Below, one piece after another: positions 37,505-46,921 of a stretch of DNA of 64,000 nucleotides; the first letter of the stretch is position 1, and each line of letters starts with the position of its first letter. The notes beneath the pieces were generated by a model that saw only the letters and a list, made by a program, of their open reading frames with translations, had not been told where the DNA came from and searched no databases. A program made the translations under genes and the position numbers. The DNA comes from an uncultured Candidatus Saccharibacteria bacterium (GTDB lineage Bacteria > Patescibacteriota > JAQUNI01). Location: contig CAZKRD010000002.1 of assembly GCA_964555185.1 (NCBI GenBank), positions 21,646 to 85,645 on the forward strand, in the 5' to 3' direction.

Positions 37505-38212
37505 TCACGACCCGTTAATTTTTCCTAAGGGATAATATTTTTTCAATTTTTCTAAAAACTTTAAGGTTTCCGGAGGTTTTAAGCGCCAATTATTAGGACA
37601 GGGTGATAGGATTTCAAGAAAACTAAAACCTTTGTTTTTGATTTGCCACTGCAAGGCGGTCTTCATTAGTTGATCGAGTTCTTTTGGTTCTGTGGCCATG
37701 CCCCGGGCGACAAAGGCATGGGGGTTAATGTTTTTAACCATCTCCGGTCCTTTGAGATAATATTCTTTGTGACCATAGGGCGTGGTTTCAGTGATCTGAC
37801 CCGGCATGGTCGTCGGTGCCTGCTGGCCGCCAGTCATTGCGTAATTAGCATTATTGATCAAGATAACCGTGATTTTGTCGTTGCGGACAGCAGAATTAAC
37901 CAAATGCTGGGCGCCAATCGCGTAGCCCCCGCCATCACCCATATAGCCGATCATAATTTTTTCTGGCTGAGCCATCTTCAGCCCGACCATCACCGGCGTG
38001 GTTCGGCCGTGATGGGTTTGGATTGTATCGATATCAAAAAAATCCCAAGCCAAAAGCGAACAGCCGATATCAACGCCAATAATTGTTTTGCTTTGAATTT
38101 TTAATTCATCAATAACATAACCCAAGCTACGTAAGGCCATTGCGTGACCACAGCCAGCGCAATAGCGATGGGGTTTAGTTTCGGATTTCCAACAAGTAGG
38201 AATAGAAGGCAT
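37505..38212 (-). CDS. 2-oxoacid:ferredoxin oxidoreductase beta subunit (TPP-binding)
   Basis: YCAGCGH start motif and the TPP-binding GDGG...N loop. Confidence 0.9.
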   Translation of the reverse strand: MPSIPTCWKSETKPHRYCAGCGHAMALRSLGYVIDELKIQSKTIIGVDIGCSLLAWDFFDIDTIQTHHGRTTPVMVGLKMAQPEKIMIGYMGDGGGYAIGAQHLVNSAVRNDKITVILINNANYAMTGGQQAPTTMPGQITETTPYGHKEYYLKGPEMVKNINPHAFVARGMATEPKELDQLMKTALQWQIKNKGFSFLEILSPCPNNWRLKPPETLKFLEKLKKYYPLGKINGS

Positions 38213-38331
38213 ATAATTATCAATTTACCAATAACCCTGCTTTACTGGCAGGCAGGTAACCAAACCGTTTGGTTATTGGTTATTGAAATTTGTTTGTATC
38301 TTGTTTCTTGGTTATTGTTTCTTGGTTATTC
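38213..38331. repeat. family C repeat between OFOR beta and alpha subunit genes
   Basis: ccaataaccctgctttactggcaggcaggtaaccaaaccgtttggttattggttattg. It shares the cctg...ggcaggcagg module with the window start. Confidence 0.8.
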
Positions 38332-39414
38332 TTAAGAGATTATTTTCCTAATCTCCTCCGGCGTAAACCCCAACCCCGGCTTGCCACACTCTTCAATCGG
38401 CACGGTTAGGCCGTAGAGATTTTCTTTGACCATGCTTGCAAATTGGCCCAAGGAAGATTCTAAGATGTAGATTTTTTTAGCTTTTTGAGCACAGACCCGT
38501 GCCTGACTTATGGGAAAGGGATTTAGAGTAATCGGCCGGAAAAGGCCGCATTCTGAATTCGCTAAAGCCTGTTTGGCCGCTGCCGCAACAATACCAAAAG
38601 CAAAGACTAAGTTTTCTGCCTTTTCGCAGTTATAAGTTTCATACTGACTAACTTTAGAGGCGGCCGCGTCAAAGGCTTTTTTAATTTCTTGATTGACTGT
38701 AAAAATTTCTTCTTCTAGGTTATAGCAGTTTCTCAAGTTAACAAAATTATCTTTGATCACAAAACTGCCTCGGGGTTGGATTTGTTTGATTAAATCAGTG
38801 TCCTTACCTTCCCCTAAATAGGATTTGGCAGGAGTTAGCTTCACTTTTTTTGTTTTTGGATCCCAAATGTCCACTTCGCCTTGCATTTTAGCGAGATAGC
38901 CGTCGCCTAAAACAAAAGTGGGAAACCGTCGGCGCCAGGCAGTGTTAAAAGCGGCAATGGAGAGGTCATAGAGCTCTTGCAGGGTGGCGGGAGCATAGAC
39001 GATTCTTAATCCTTCACCATTGCCGCCATGGCAGGTTAGGTTTACTTCCTGTTGAGAGTAGATTACCGTGCCGGTGGAGGGGCCGCCTCTTTGCATAATG
39101 AAGGTTACGGTGGGCAGGCGCATTGCTTCCGCCATACTCATCGGGTCTTGGATCAAAATGTTGCCTGGGCCCGAGGTTGCGGTAAAACATTTTTTGCCTG
39201 CTAAAACCCCGCCGATTAGTCCAAAACCAGCGGCCATTTCGTCTTCTGCCTGCAGTAATTTGATTTTATCTTCTTTGTTTTTTTCGGAAATTTTTGCCCA
39301 CTCGCTCATTATTTCGGTAGTTGGTGTGATCGGATAGCCAAACATAATCTCGGCGCCTGCTGCAAGCGCTGCTTTGACAATAATTTCATTGCCGGTTAAA
39401 AGTTCTTTTGCCAT
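38332..39414 (-). CDS. 2-oxoacid:ferredoxin oxidoreductase alpha subunit
   Basis: LTGNEIIVKAALAAGAEIMFGYPITPTTEI is the KorA/PorA N-terminus. No delta/ferredoxin subunit gene is present in the block. Confidence 0.9.
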   Translation of the reverse strand: MAKELLTGNEIIVKAALAAGAEIMFGYPITPTTEIMSEWAKISEKNKEDKIKLLQAEDEMAAGFGLIGGVLAGKKCFTATSGPGNILIQDPMSMAEAMRLPTVTFIMQRGGPSTGTVIYSQQEVNLTCHGGNGEGLRIVYAPATLQELYDLSIAAFNTAWRRRFPTFVLGDGYLAKMQGEVDIWDPKTKKVKLTPAKSYLGEGKDTDLIKQIQPRGSFVIKDNFVNLRNCYNLEEEIFTVNQEIKKAFDAAASKVSQYETYNCEKAENLVFAFGIVAAAAKQALANSECGLFRPITLNPFPISQARVCAQKAKKIYILESSLGQFASMVKENLYGLTVPIEECGKPGLGFTPEEIRKIIS

Positions 39415-39429
39415 TTTGGATTATATTTC

Positions 39430-39560
39430 AAATTTCAAGCTTGCTTATAATTCGCAGCGAGGAGAAAGTGAAATTCCTTTTCACTTTATCCGAACAAGAA
39501 TTTCAAACTTGTTTATAATTCGCATTTTCACCGAACAAAAATTTCAAACTTGTTTATTTC
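39430..39560. repeat. three tandem ~34-35-nt direct repeats spanning the ackA 3' end and the korA upstream region
   Basis: Units ccgaacaa(g/a)aatttcaaacttgtttat(aattcgca) are read three times. The last copy encodes the ackA C-terminus (...NKFEIFVR). Confidence 0.8.
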
Positions 39561-40565
39561 TCTGGCAATCATTTTTTCTTCATCGGTTTTTATCGCCATC
39601 ACTTTTACATCTTTTAGTATCTTCTCTAGGCCCTCACAAATACTATCCCGTGTTAGGGCCTCGCCTGCTCCGATTTGACCAGTGAAGACTAGCGCGTCAA
39701 TTCCTCCCAAGACCGCGAAATAGGCGCCAATGTATTTTTGGATTCGATAGACATAAAGATTAAAAGCCAGTTTTGCCTTGGGAGCTTTCCTCCGTACTGC
39801 TTTTAAGAGATTAAGATAGTTGATATAACCAGAAAGTCCTTTAATTCCACTCTTTTGGTTTAATAGATTGTCCACTTCTTCTCGAGAATGGTTTTTTAAT
39901 AAATAGAGGATTATTCCAGGGTCAAGATCTCCGGCCCTGGTCATCATCATAAGACCCTCAAGAGGAGTAAAACCCATACTGGTATCGATTGCTTTGCCGT
40001 GTTTGATTGCCGCAATACTGCCGCCGCCGCCAAGATGAACAGTGATCAACCTTGTTTTTTCAATTGGTTTCTGGAGTTTTTTCGCTGCTTCTAAAGCGAC
40101 ATATTTATGAGAGAGGCCATGGAAACCATATCGTTGGATTTTTTCTTTTTTATAAAAATTCAGGGGCAAGCCGTAAATTTTGGCTCTATCTGGCAGGTCA
40201 GAGAAAAAAGCAGTGTCAAAACAGGCGATATTAAGCATCTGGGGCAGATATTTTTGGCAGGCGCGGATTCCGGAAATATTAGCCGGATTATGCAAGGGCG
40301 CCAGATGATTAAATTGCTCTAATTTTTTTAAGACAGTTTCTGTGATTTTTGTCGGTTTGCGAAAATAAGGCCCGCCGTGGACAACGCGGTGGCCGATTAC
40401 TTGAATGTCGCGCAGATCTCCGATCTTGCGCAAGGTTTGTTTTAAGGCTTGTTTGTGGCTTTCAATATTTTGGAAATTCCCCTCTTTAATTACCGCAAGC
40501 GAGCCTGAATCGAATAGTTTATACTTTAGGGAAGTACTGCCGGCATTGATTACTAAAATTTTCAT
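39528..40565 (-). CDS. ackA: acetate kinase (compact form)
   Basis: MKILVINAGSTSLKY, APLHNPA, FDTAFF, RYGFHG, DTSMGFTPLEGL, KYIGAY and VFTGQIG all match AckA. At 345 aa it is shorter than E. coli AckA but all motifs are present. Confidence 0.87.
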   Translation of the reverse strand: MKILVINAGSTSLKYKLFDSGSLAVIKEGNFQNIESHKQALKQTLRKIGDLRDIQVIGHRVVHGGPYFRKPTKITETVLKKLEQFNHLAPLHNPANISGIRACQKYLPQMLNIACFDTAFFSDLPDRAKIYGLPLNFYKKEKIQRYGFHGLSHKYVALEAAKKLQKPIEKTRLITVHLGGGGSIAAIKHGKAIDTSMGFTPLEGLMMMTRAGDLDPGIILYLLKNHSREEVDNLLNQKSGIKGLSGYINYLNLLKAVRRKAPKAKLAFNLYVYRIQKYIGAYFAVLGGIDALVFTGQIGAGEALTRDSICEGLEKILKDVKVMAIKTDEEKMIAREINKFEIFVR

Positions 40566-40604
40566 TAAAAATTAAACAAAAAATAAAAATCAAGAAATAA
40601 GAAT

Positions 40605-41174
40605 TCAAATCATAATTTTTCCTTTACATTCCTTATCAACTCCTGCCGCATTCCCTTCATCCGTATCAATGTGCACGGTAGCGTGAAATTTCTGATCAAT
40701 CCGGACGATTACCTGTTTAAAAATTAAACCTCTTTCTTCGGCAATGCGGACCGAAATTGCTTGACCTTGTTTTAAGCCCAATTCTTCGGCTTCTTTTTTT
40801 GAAACGTGAAGGTGACGTTTGGCAATGATCATTCCCTGTTTAAGATTAACCACTCCGGCTGGTCCAATCAGAGTACAGCCTTGCGAGTGATCAATATCTC
40901 CGGAGATCCTTAAAGGGATAAGAGCTTTTAAAAACCGCGCGTCTGTTTGAGAAACCTCAATCTGGGTGTAAGGACGCAGAGGACCGATCACGCGGACATT
41001 TTTAATCTCCTTTTCTCCGATTTTAAGATCAATTGTTTCCTCGCAGGCAAATAGATTGGGCTGGGACAAGTTTTTGAATTTGGTTAATTTAAAATCAGGA
41101 CCAAAGAGTTTATCTTTGTCCTCTGAACACAAATGAATATGCCGCGCTGAAACTTCAACAAGAATTTTTTTCAT
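40605..41174 (-). CDS. pduL: PduL-type phosphate acyltransferase
   Basis: Two PduL repeats with VSARHIHL and HATVHID motifs, a 189-aa length, and a position directly upstream of ackA. Confidence 0.8.
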   Translation of the reverse strand: MKKILVEVSARHIHLCSEDKDKLFGPDFKLTKFKNLSQPNLFACEETIDLKIGEKEIKNVRVIGPLRPYTQIEVSQTDARFLKALIPLRISGDIDHSQGCTLIGPAGVVNLKQGMIIAKRHLHVSKKEAEELGLKQGQAISVRIAEERGLIFKQVIVRIDQKFHATVHIDTDEGNAAGVDKECKGKIMI

Positions 41175-41206
41175 CTTAGAAATTAGTTTGAATTTTTAGC
41201 TCAATT

Positions 41207-41716
41207 TTAATATTCAAAACCTCCAATTACCCAGTCAAATTCAGTTTGCCAATTGCGGCCAGGGCAGCTCCAACCCGGACTATCAGGATGCGGCCGGCCG
41301 CTGGTTTCCATATCCCTTGCACCCAAAACAAAAAATTCACCCAAGGAAGCATCACAGCCAGCATATCCTGCCGGATAGACATAGTAACTGTAATATTGGC
41401 CGCCTGAATTGATCGGATCCACAGGCACAGTCGGCATATAGCCCTGGTCTTTTAAAAAATCAATAAAGTCTCCGCCGTCTTCATAGCTATGCTCCCAACT
41501 GCCATTACTTGAATTTTCTTCAGGGTATTCTTCGTTATCATCATAATACAATTCAAGCGCAGTCTGAATCTGTTTCATATCCGAGACCCTTTGGGCATCC
41601 CTTGCTTTTTTTCGGGCGCTGTTAACTGAAACTGCGATGATCGCAGCCAAGAGTCCAATGATCGCAATTACGACCAAGAGTTCAATAAGGGTAAATCCTT
41701 TTTTATTTTTGGCCAT
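41207..41716 (-). CDS. type IV pilin-like protein (prepilin N-terminal cleavage/methylation domain)
   Basis: Leader MAKNKKG, then FTLIELLVVIAIIGLLAAI, then a C-terminal Cys pair. Start chosen at the ATG with the aaaaaatATG context shared with the other pilins. Confidence 0.8.
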   Translation of the reverse strand: MAKNKKGFTLIELLVVIAIIGLLAAIIAVSVNSARKKARDAQRVSDMKQIQTALELYYDDNEEYPEENSSNGSWEHSYEDGGDFIDFLKDQGYMPTVPVDPINSGGQYYSYYVYPAGYAGCDASLGEFFVLGARDMETSGRPHPDSPGWSCPGRNWQTEFDWVIGGFEY

Positions 41717-41739
41717 ATTTTTTGTTTTTAATTCAGGTT

Positions 41740-42369
41740 TTAGTTGCCGCCGGTGCAAACATAGGTACTGCTGCCACCCCACCAGTTGCCGCTGCCACCG
41801 CTGTATTTCTGTCTGCAATATCCGGGTTGAGGGCCCACCTCGTAGTAGCCGCCAGAGGTAGCACTGTTATAATAACCTCCGTCGCCAGTAACAAGGTCAA
41901 AATTAGAGCTGTGTTCCATCCGGGCCATTAAGCCGTAGGTCTGCCGGTTATCGGCATTATCGCAGTCGTAATAGAAGCGATAGCTATTTTGAAGCCCCAG
42001 AGGATCACGGGGCAGTTCAGGGAGATAAGAAGAAAGAGCTGCTTCAAGAACACACCAGTTATAGCCGCAGTTTGCGGTGGTAGTATAAGTATAAGACCCG
42101 GTATAGGGATATTCGTCATTATCATCATAATATAATTCCAGAGCAGTCTGAATTTGCTTTAAGGAAGCGATCCTTTGAGCGTCGCGGGCCTTTTTTCTTG
42201 AGGTGTTTACGGCAACAGCAATGATTGAAGCTAAAAGCCCAATCACCGCGATTACGACTAGAAGTTCGATTAGGGTGAACCCCATACCTTTTTTATGGAC
42301 TTTGGATTTTAGTTTTCCCGCACTACTAGAAAGGTGCGGGGTGAAGCTTTTTTGTTTTTGTCCCTGCAT
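41740..42369 (-). CDS. type IV pilin-like protein, tandem paralog B
   Basis: Mature part identical to paralog A from FTLIEL to ...QKYSG. The C-terminal 18 aa differ (GSGNWWGGSSTYVCTGGN). A long 30-aa leader if 42369 is the start; the alternative ATG at 42285 gives only a 2-aa leader. Confidence 0.72.
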   Translation of the reverse strand: MQGQKQKSFTPHLSSSAGKLKSKVHKKGMGFTLIELLVVIAVIGLLASIIAVAVNTSRKKARDAQRIASLKQIQTALELYYDDNDEYPYTGSYTYTTTANCGYNWCVLEAALSSYLPELPRDPLGLQNSYRFYYDCDNADNRQTYGLMARMEHSSNFDLVTGDGGYYNSATSGGYYEVGPQPGYCRQKYSGGSGNWWGGSSTYVCTGGN

Positions 42370-42960
42370 AAATTTTTTGTTTGTTTTTTTGAAACTTTGA
42401 AATCATCCTAGTTGCCGCTTCTGCAAACATAGGTACTGCCGCCACTCAACCAGTTGCCGCTGCTACCGCTGTATTTCTGTCTGCAATATCCGGGTTGAGG
42501 GCCCACCTCGTAGTAGCCGCCAGAGGTAGCACTGTTATAATAACCTCCGTCGCCAGTAACAAGGTCAAAATTAGAGCTGTGTTCCATCCGGGCCATTAAG
42601 CCGTAGGTCTGCCGGTTATCGGCATTATCGCAGTCGTAATAGAAGCGATAGCTATTTTGAAGCCCCAGAGGATCACGGGGCAGTTCAGGGAGATAAGAAG
42701 AAAGAGCTGCTTCAAGAACACACCAGTTATAGCCGCAGTTTGCGGTGGTAGTATAAGTATAAGACCCGGTATAGGGATATTCGTCATTATCATCATAATA
42801 TAATTCCAGAGCAGTCTGAATTTGCTTTAAGGAAGCGATCCTTTGAGCGTCGCGGGCCTTTTTTCTTGAGGTGTTTACGGCAACAGCAATGATTGAAGCT
42901 AAAAGCCCAATCACCGCGATTACGACTAGAAGTTCGATTAGGGTGAACCCTTTTTGTTTT
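41770..42960. repeat. tandem duplication (~668-bp period) spanning two pilin genes
   Basis: The nucleotide sequence 41799-42279 nearly equals 42467-42947. Even the antisense ORFs 41928-42128 and 42596-42796 translate identically. Confidence 0.9.
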
Positions 42961-42974
42961 TTGATTTTTGACAT
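42408..42974 (-). CDS. type IV pilin-like protein, tandem paralog A
   Basis: Leader MSKIKKQKG, then FTLIELLVVIAVIGLLASI. Cys pairs follow (NCGYNWC, YCRQ..VCRSGN). Confidence 0.8.
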   Translation of the reverse strand: MSKIKKQKGFTLIELLVVIAVIGLLASIIAVAVNTSRKKARDAQRIASLKQIQTALELYYDDNDEYPYTGSYTYTTTANCGYNWCVLEAALSSYLPELPRDPLGLQNSYRFYYDCDNADNRQTYGLMARMEHSSNFDLVTGDGGYYNSATSGGYYEVGPQPGYCRQKYSGSSGNWLSGGSTYVCRSGN

Positions 42975-43166
42975 AAATTTGTCTTTGTTTTGATCTTTTT
43001 ATGATTTAAGTTTTAGGGCACAATTTTTCCCTCCTCTATTATTGGTATAATATCTGCGTAGGATCCGATCATTTGTTTGGGTTTGCGAAAGACCTCGTGG
43101 TAAATAATCAGGGCGACGATAACAACAAGGATATCCAGCAGGATCACTAGAGCCAGTTGAAAGTGA

Positions 43167-44615
43167 TTAATTTTCGGGCATTTTTGTTTTTTTTTCATAG
43201 GTTTTTTGGTTTCGTTTTAATTTATATACAATTTTCTCAAATTGTTCTCCGCGGTCAAATTCATTTTGAAACATACCAAAACTGGCGCAAGCCGGGCTTA
43301 ATAGAATAATATCGTTATCATCAGCTTGCGAGCGGGCCCAAAGTACCGCTTCTCTCATCGATTTTACAGTCTTAATTGGCAACAAGCGGCAACTTCCTTT
43401 TCTTAGATATTTTTTAATTTCTTTTTTCAGTCTAGGGGTGGCATCGCCGTCTAGAAGGATCAGCGTTTTTACCTTTTTAATGATTGATTGGGCTAGCTTT
43501 GAAAAATCAAGGTTTTTATCCGCGCCGCCGGCAATTAAGATTATTGGTTTTTGAAATGAATCCAGGGCCGCGATCGTTGAGGTAGGCGTGGTTGAGGTTG
43601 TGTCATTATAATATTCTATTCCTTGAAATTTACGAGTGAGTTCCAGGCGCGAATCCAAACCCCTAAATTCTCTTAAGACCTTTTGGATTGAGGTCCGTTT
43701 GACACCATAAACCCAAGCCGTGGTTACGGCGGCTAAAATGTTTTCAAGATTATGGGTACCAGGCAGTTTAAGATTGTTTATTCCCGCCAGATCGTGCTCT
43801 AGATTCTTTGCCAAAAACATAATCCTTCCGTTTCGCAAAAAGCTTCCTTGTTTCATTTTTGCCTGTCTTGAGAACCAGTAGATTTTTTTAAGGTTCCGGG
43901 CAAAAGCCGGATTCCTTAAAATCGGGTTATCGTAGTTCATTATAACACAGTCTCCCTGTTTTTGGAATTTAAAGATGTTTTTTTTCGCTTCCGCGTATTT
44001 TTGCATATTCTGGTAGCGGTTGAGGTGATCCGGGAAGATATTGGTGATGCAGGCGATCCGGGGACTCCACTTCTGGGAGGCGAGACCTTCCAATTGCCAT
44101 GAGGATAATTCCAGAACCACTGGCGTGTCGGGCTTTATTTTCCCCAAGATTTCAAAGGGTGAGATCCGGATGTTGCCGGCGATTTGGGTATTTTTATTCT
44201 CTTGTTTTAGGATAAGGTAAATCAAAGTCGCGGTTGTGCTTTTCCCTTTAGTGCCGGTGATCCCGATGATATTGCGGGAAGGGCAGGTTTTAAAAAACAA
44301 CCCCAGATCAGTATCGATCGGGATTCTATTTTTGAGAGCAAGCTTAAGGTAACGCGAATCATCAGGTACGCTGGGATTTTTAATCACCAGATCGGTTTTT
44401 ACAAAATCAGCCTCCCGGTGTTTGCCTAAAACAAATTTGATCGGAAGACCTTTTAATTTTTCCAGAGAAGATTTTAACTCTTTTTTGTTTTTGAGATCAG
44501 TGACCGTAACCAAAGCTTTCTGTTTTACTAGATAGCGGGCAACCCCCGCTCCCCCGCCATGCAGACCTAGGCCTGCCACGGTCACTTTTTTATTTTTGAA
44601 ATTCAATTGATTCAT
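43167..44615 (-). CDS. murD: UDP-N-acetylmuramoylalanine--D-glutamate ligase
   Basis: Mur ligase P-loop GITGTKGKSTTATLI, MurD-type N-terminal Rossmann (VAGLGLHGG) and a C-terminal domain. The gene is 482 aa. Confidence 0.92.
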   Translation of the reverse strand: MNQLNFKNKKVTVAGLGLHGGGAGVARYLVKQKALVTVTDLKNKKELKSSLEKLKGLPIKFVLGKHREADFVKTDLVIKNPSVPDDSRYLKLALKNRIPIDTDLGLFFKTCPSRNIIGITGTKGKSTTATLIYLILKQENKNTQIAGNIRISPFEILGKIKPDTPVVLELSSWQLEGLASQKWSPRIACITNIFPDHLNRYQNMQKYAEAKKNIFKFQKQGDCVIMNYDNPILRNPAFARNLKKIYWFSRQAKMKQGSFLRNGRIMFLAKNLEHDLAGINNLKLPGTHNLENILAAVTTAWVYGVKRTSIQKVLREFRGLDSRLELTRKFQGIEYYNDTTSTTPTSTIAALDSFQKPIILIAGGADKNLDFSKLAQSIIKKVKTLILLDGDATPRLKKEIKKYLRKGSCRLLPIKTVKSMREAVLWARSQADDNDIILLSPACASFGMFQNEFDRGEQFEKIVYKLKRNQKTYEKKTKMPEN

Positions 44616-44641
44616 AATGCATGATTTAAAATTTTACCCTT

Positions 44642-44677
44642 ACTGGGTGACTACCCGGAATTGGTGGCATGAGTCAT
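44642..44677. repeat. 36-bp element actgggtgactacccggaattggtggcatgagtcat (inverted partner at 50288-50323)
   Basis: The reverse complement occurs at 50288-50323 with 2 mismatches. This copy encodes the last 9 codons and stop of the GT2 gene, and lies 27 nt upstream of the murD ATG. Confidence 0.85.
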
Positions 44678-45625
44678 TTCTTCTTTGATATTATAAAATT
44701 GTTTTCGGCCAGAAGTATAGTAGAGCCGTGAAATCAGTTCCGCGATCAAGCCAAAAAAAATGAATTGAACACCAATAATACAGAAGATAGCGGAGATAAC
44801 CAGAACCGAGACATTACGCGCTGTTGAAGCACCAAAGCCATATTTGGCAATAAAGACGCCGGCAATGCCGATAAAACCTAAAAGATTTAAGAGTACGCCG
44901 AAGAGGCCGAAGACGCGGAACGGTGTTTTTGAATACTTAATCAGAAACCGAATCAGAATCAGATCCAAAGCCACCTTTAATATTTTAGTCAGCTTGTAAT
45001 GGGATTTGCCGCTTGTTCGCACTCGGATTTTAATTGGAATTTCCTTAATTTTAATCCCCTTGTAGTAAATTAGGGCGCCGGCAAAGCGGTGCAGTTCACC
45101 AGAGAGATCGAGATTTTTCAGAATATTTTTATGATAACCCTTCATTGTCGCACCGAAGTATTTCATCTTGACGCCAGTGATCTTGGCGATGATTTTATGG
45201 GCCTGGCGGGAAAGGAAGAATTTAAAACGGCTCCTTCCTTCGTCCCTGTCTTTCCAGCCGTCAACCACGTCAAATCCCGCGGAAATAGCGGCGACGAACT
45301 TGGGAATGTAGCGGGGATCATGCTGGCCGTCTCCGTCCATCGCGATCACGGCCTCGCCTTGGGCGCTTTTGAAGCCGGCGGAAAGAGCCGCGGTTTGTCC
45401 TTGATTGCCTAAGAGGGAAATAATCTTGAGATGCTTATCCTGACTCCAGAGCGATTTTAATATTTTCAAGGAATGATCCGTACTGCAGTCGTTGACATAA
45501 ATTATTTCGTAATTTTGATCAAGGCGGCCTAAGGTTCGTTTTAGTTCTTGATACAGGGGCTTGATGTTTTTTTCTTCGTTATAGATTGGGATCACAACGC
45601 TGACTTTTTGAATTTGATTAGGCAT
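44651..45625 (-). CDS. family 2 glycosyltransferase (GtrB / polyprenyl-phosphate hexosyltransferase-like) with C-terminal TM helices
   Basis: VSVVIPIYNEEKNI...VNDCSTD...DGDGQHD are GT2 DxD motifs. Two C-terminal TM segments follow. Confidence 0.75.
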   Translation of the reverse strand: MPNQIQKVSVVIPIYNEEKNIKPLYQELKRTLGRLDQNYEIIYVNDCSTDHSLKILKSLWSQDKHLKIISLLGNQGQTAALSAGFKSAQGEAVIAMDGDGQHDPRYIPKFVAAISAGFDVVDGWKDRDEGRSRFKFFLSRQAHKIIAKITGVKMKYFGATMKGYHKNILKNLDLSGELHRFAGALIYYKGIKIKEIPIKIRVRTSGKSHYKLTKILKVALDLILIRFLIKYSKTPFRVFGLFGVLLNLLGFIGIAGVFIAKYGFGASTARNVSVLVISAIFCIIGVQFIFFGLIAELISRLYYTSGRKQFYNIKEEMTHATNSG

Positions 45626-45631
45626 AAGATA

Positions 45632-46921
45632 TTAGAGTGATTTATAGATAAAACCTCTTTTCTCTGGTTTTCTAGAGAGGAAATGGGACTTGACGTCAAT
45701 TAAGACCGGATTTTTTTTGGTGATTTCTTGAATTTTTTTTAAACTTATTTTTTCAAATTGCTTGTGAACCAGGCAGAGGACGATTCCGTCCATTTTCGGA
45801 GCGCGGGCAAGCTCGGAGACGTTTTTAACTTCAAAGCCGGTCATTGCTTGTTCTGACAGCAAGGGGTCATAGGCATAGAGATTCACTTTATACTTTTTTA
45901 AGGTTTCAATAATCTCCTTTGCTTTTGAATTGCGGATATCCTTAACATTTTCCTTGAAGGTAAGGCCCATGATCAGCACCTTTGCCCGCTGGACTCTTTT
46001 CCCTGCTTCGATCAAACCCCGGATTGTAAGTTCTGCCACGTATTGGGGCATTGAATCATTCATTCTCCGTCCGGCTAAAATCACTTGCGGGTGATAGCCC
46101 AACTCCTCGGCGCGATAGGTCAGATAATAGGGGTCTACGGGGAGACAGTGGCCCGAGGGCATCCCCGGTTGATAGGCATGGAAATTCCATTTTGTTGCCG
46201 CCGCCTCCAAGACCTCTTGAGTGTTAATACCAAGACGATGAAAGATCAAGCTCAATTCATTGATTAGGGCAATGTTTAGATCTCTTTGAATGTTTTCAAT
46301 TATCTTGGCTGCTTCCGCGGTTTTAATATTTGGCGCTTTGTAAATACCAGCTTTGCAGATTGAGCCGTAAATTCTTGCTGTTTTTTCGAGCGCTTCCTTG
46401 TTGCTTGCGGAAACAATTTTGATGATTTTGTCGATCGCGTGTTCTCGGTCCCCAGGATTGATTCTTTCTGGTGAGTAGCCGATATACCAGTCAGAGCCCT
46501 CGTTAAGATGGGAGTGTTTTTCAATCATGGGAACGCAGATTTCTTCGGTCAGGCCGGGGTAGACTGTGGATTCAAAAACAACGATCGCTCCTTTTCTGAT
46601 ATTTTCTCCGATTGTTTTTGCCGCTTTTTTTAAGAGAGACAGATCAGGTCTTTTGGCCCGGTCCACCGGCGTTGGGATCGCGGCAATAATAAAATTGGCT
46701 TTCTGGATAATTTTGGGGTTAGCCGAATAGCAAATTTTTACCCTCCTAAGATCAGAAGATTTTACTTCGTCGGTAGAATCAATCCCTTTTTTTAATTCTT
46801 GGATCCTTTCTTTTTTAATATCAAATCCAAAAACCTCTTTGCCTGCTTTGGCAAAGGCGACAGCCAGAGGAAGACCGACATAACCAAGACCGATTACGCA
46901 GATTTTAGTTTTGGGAGGCAT
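45632..46921 (-). CDS. nucleotide-sugar dehydrogenase (UDP-glucose 6-dehydrogenase family)
   Basis: KICVIGLGYVGLPLAVAFA Rossmann motif and the catalytic Cys region (GHCLPVDPYY). Start at the ATG at 46921; the track start is a TTG inside a repeat. Confidence 0.85.
   Translation of the reverse strand: MPPKTKICVIGLGYVGLPLAVAFAKAGKEVFGFDIKKERIQELKKGIDSTDEVKSSDLRRVKICYSANPKIIQKANFIIAAIPTPVDRAKRPDLSLLKKAAKTIGENIRKGAIVVFESTVYPGLTEEICVPMIEKHSHLNEGSDWYIGYSPERINPGDREHAIDKIIKIVSASNKEALEKTARIYGSICKAGIYKAPNIKTAEAAKIIENIQRDLNIALINELSLIFHRLGINTQEVLEAAATKWNFHAYQPGMPSGHCLPVDPYYLTYRAEELGYHPQVILAGRRMNDSMPQYVAELTIRGLIEAGKRVQRAKVLIMGLTFKENVKDIRNSKAKEIIETLKKYKVNLYAYDPLLSEQAMTGFEVKNVSELARAPKMDGIVLCLVHKQFEKISLKKIQEITKKNPVLIDVKSHFLSRKPEKRGFIYKSL

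Noticed and set aside
39528-40565. Acetate kinase looked truncated (345 aa versus ~400), hinting at a pseudogene.
   Set aside because: All AckA catalytic motifs are present in order from N- to C-terminus. The shortening comes from loop deletions, not a premature stop.
41928-42796. Two identical 66-aa antisense ORFs (41928-42128 and 42596-42796) that might be a conserved hidden gene.
   Set aside because: They are identical only because they lie inside the 668-bp tandem duplication, antisense to the pilin genes. No SD and no independent evidence.
43013-43198. A 61-aa hydrophobic ORF overlapping the murD 3' end.
   Set aside because: No SD, the start is embedded in murD coding sequence, and its hydrophobic composition is expected from T-rich sequence. 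It is kept only as a low-probability candidate.
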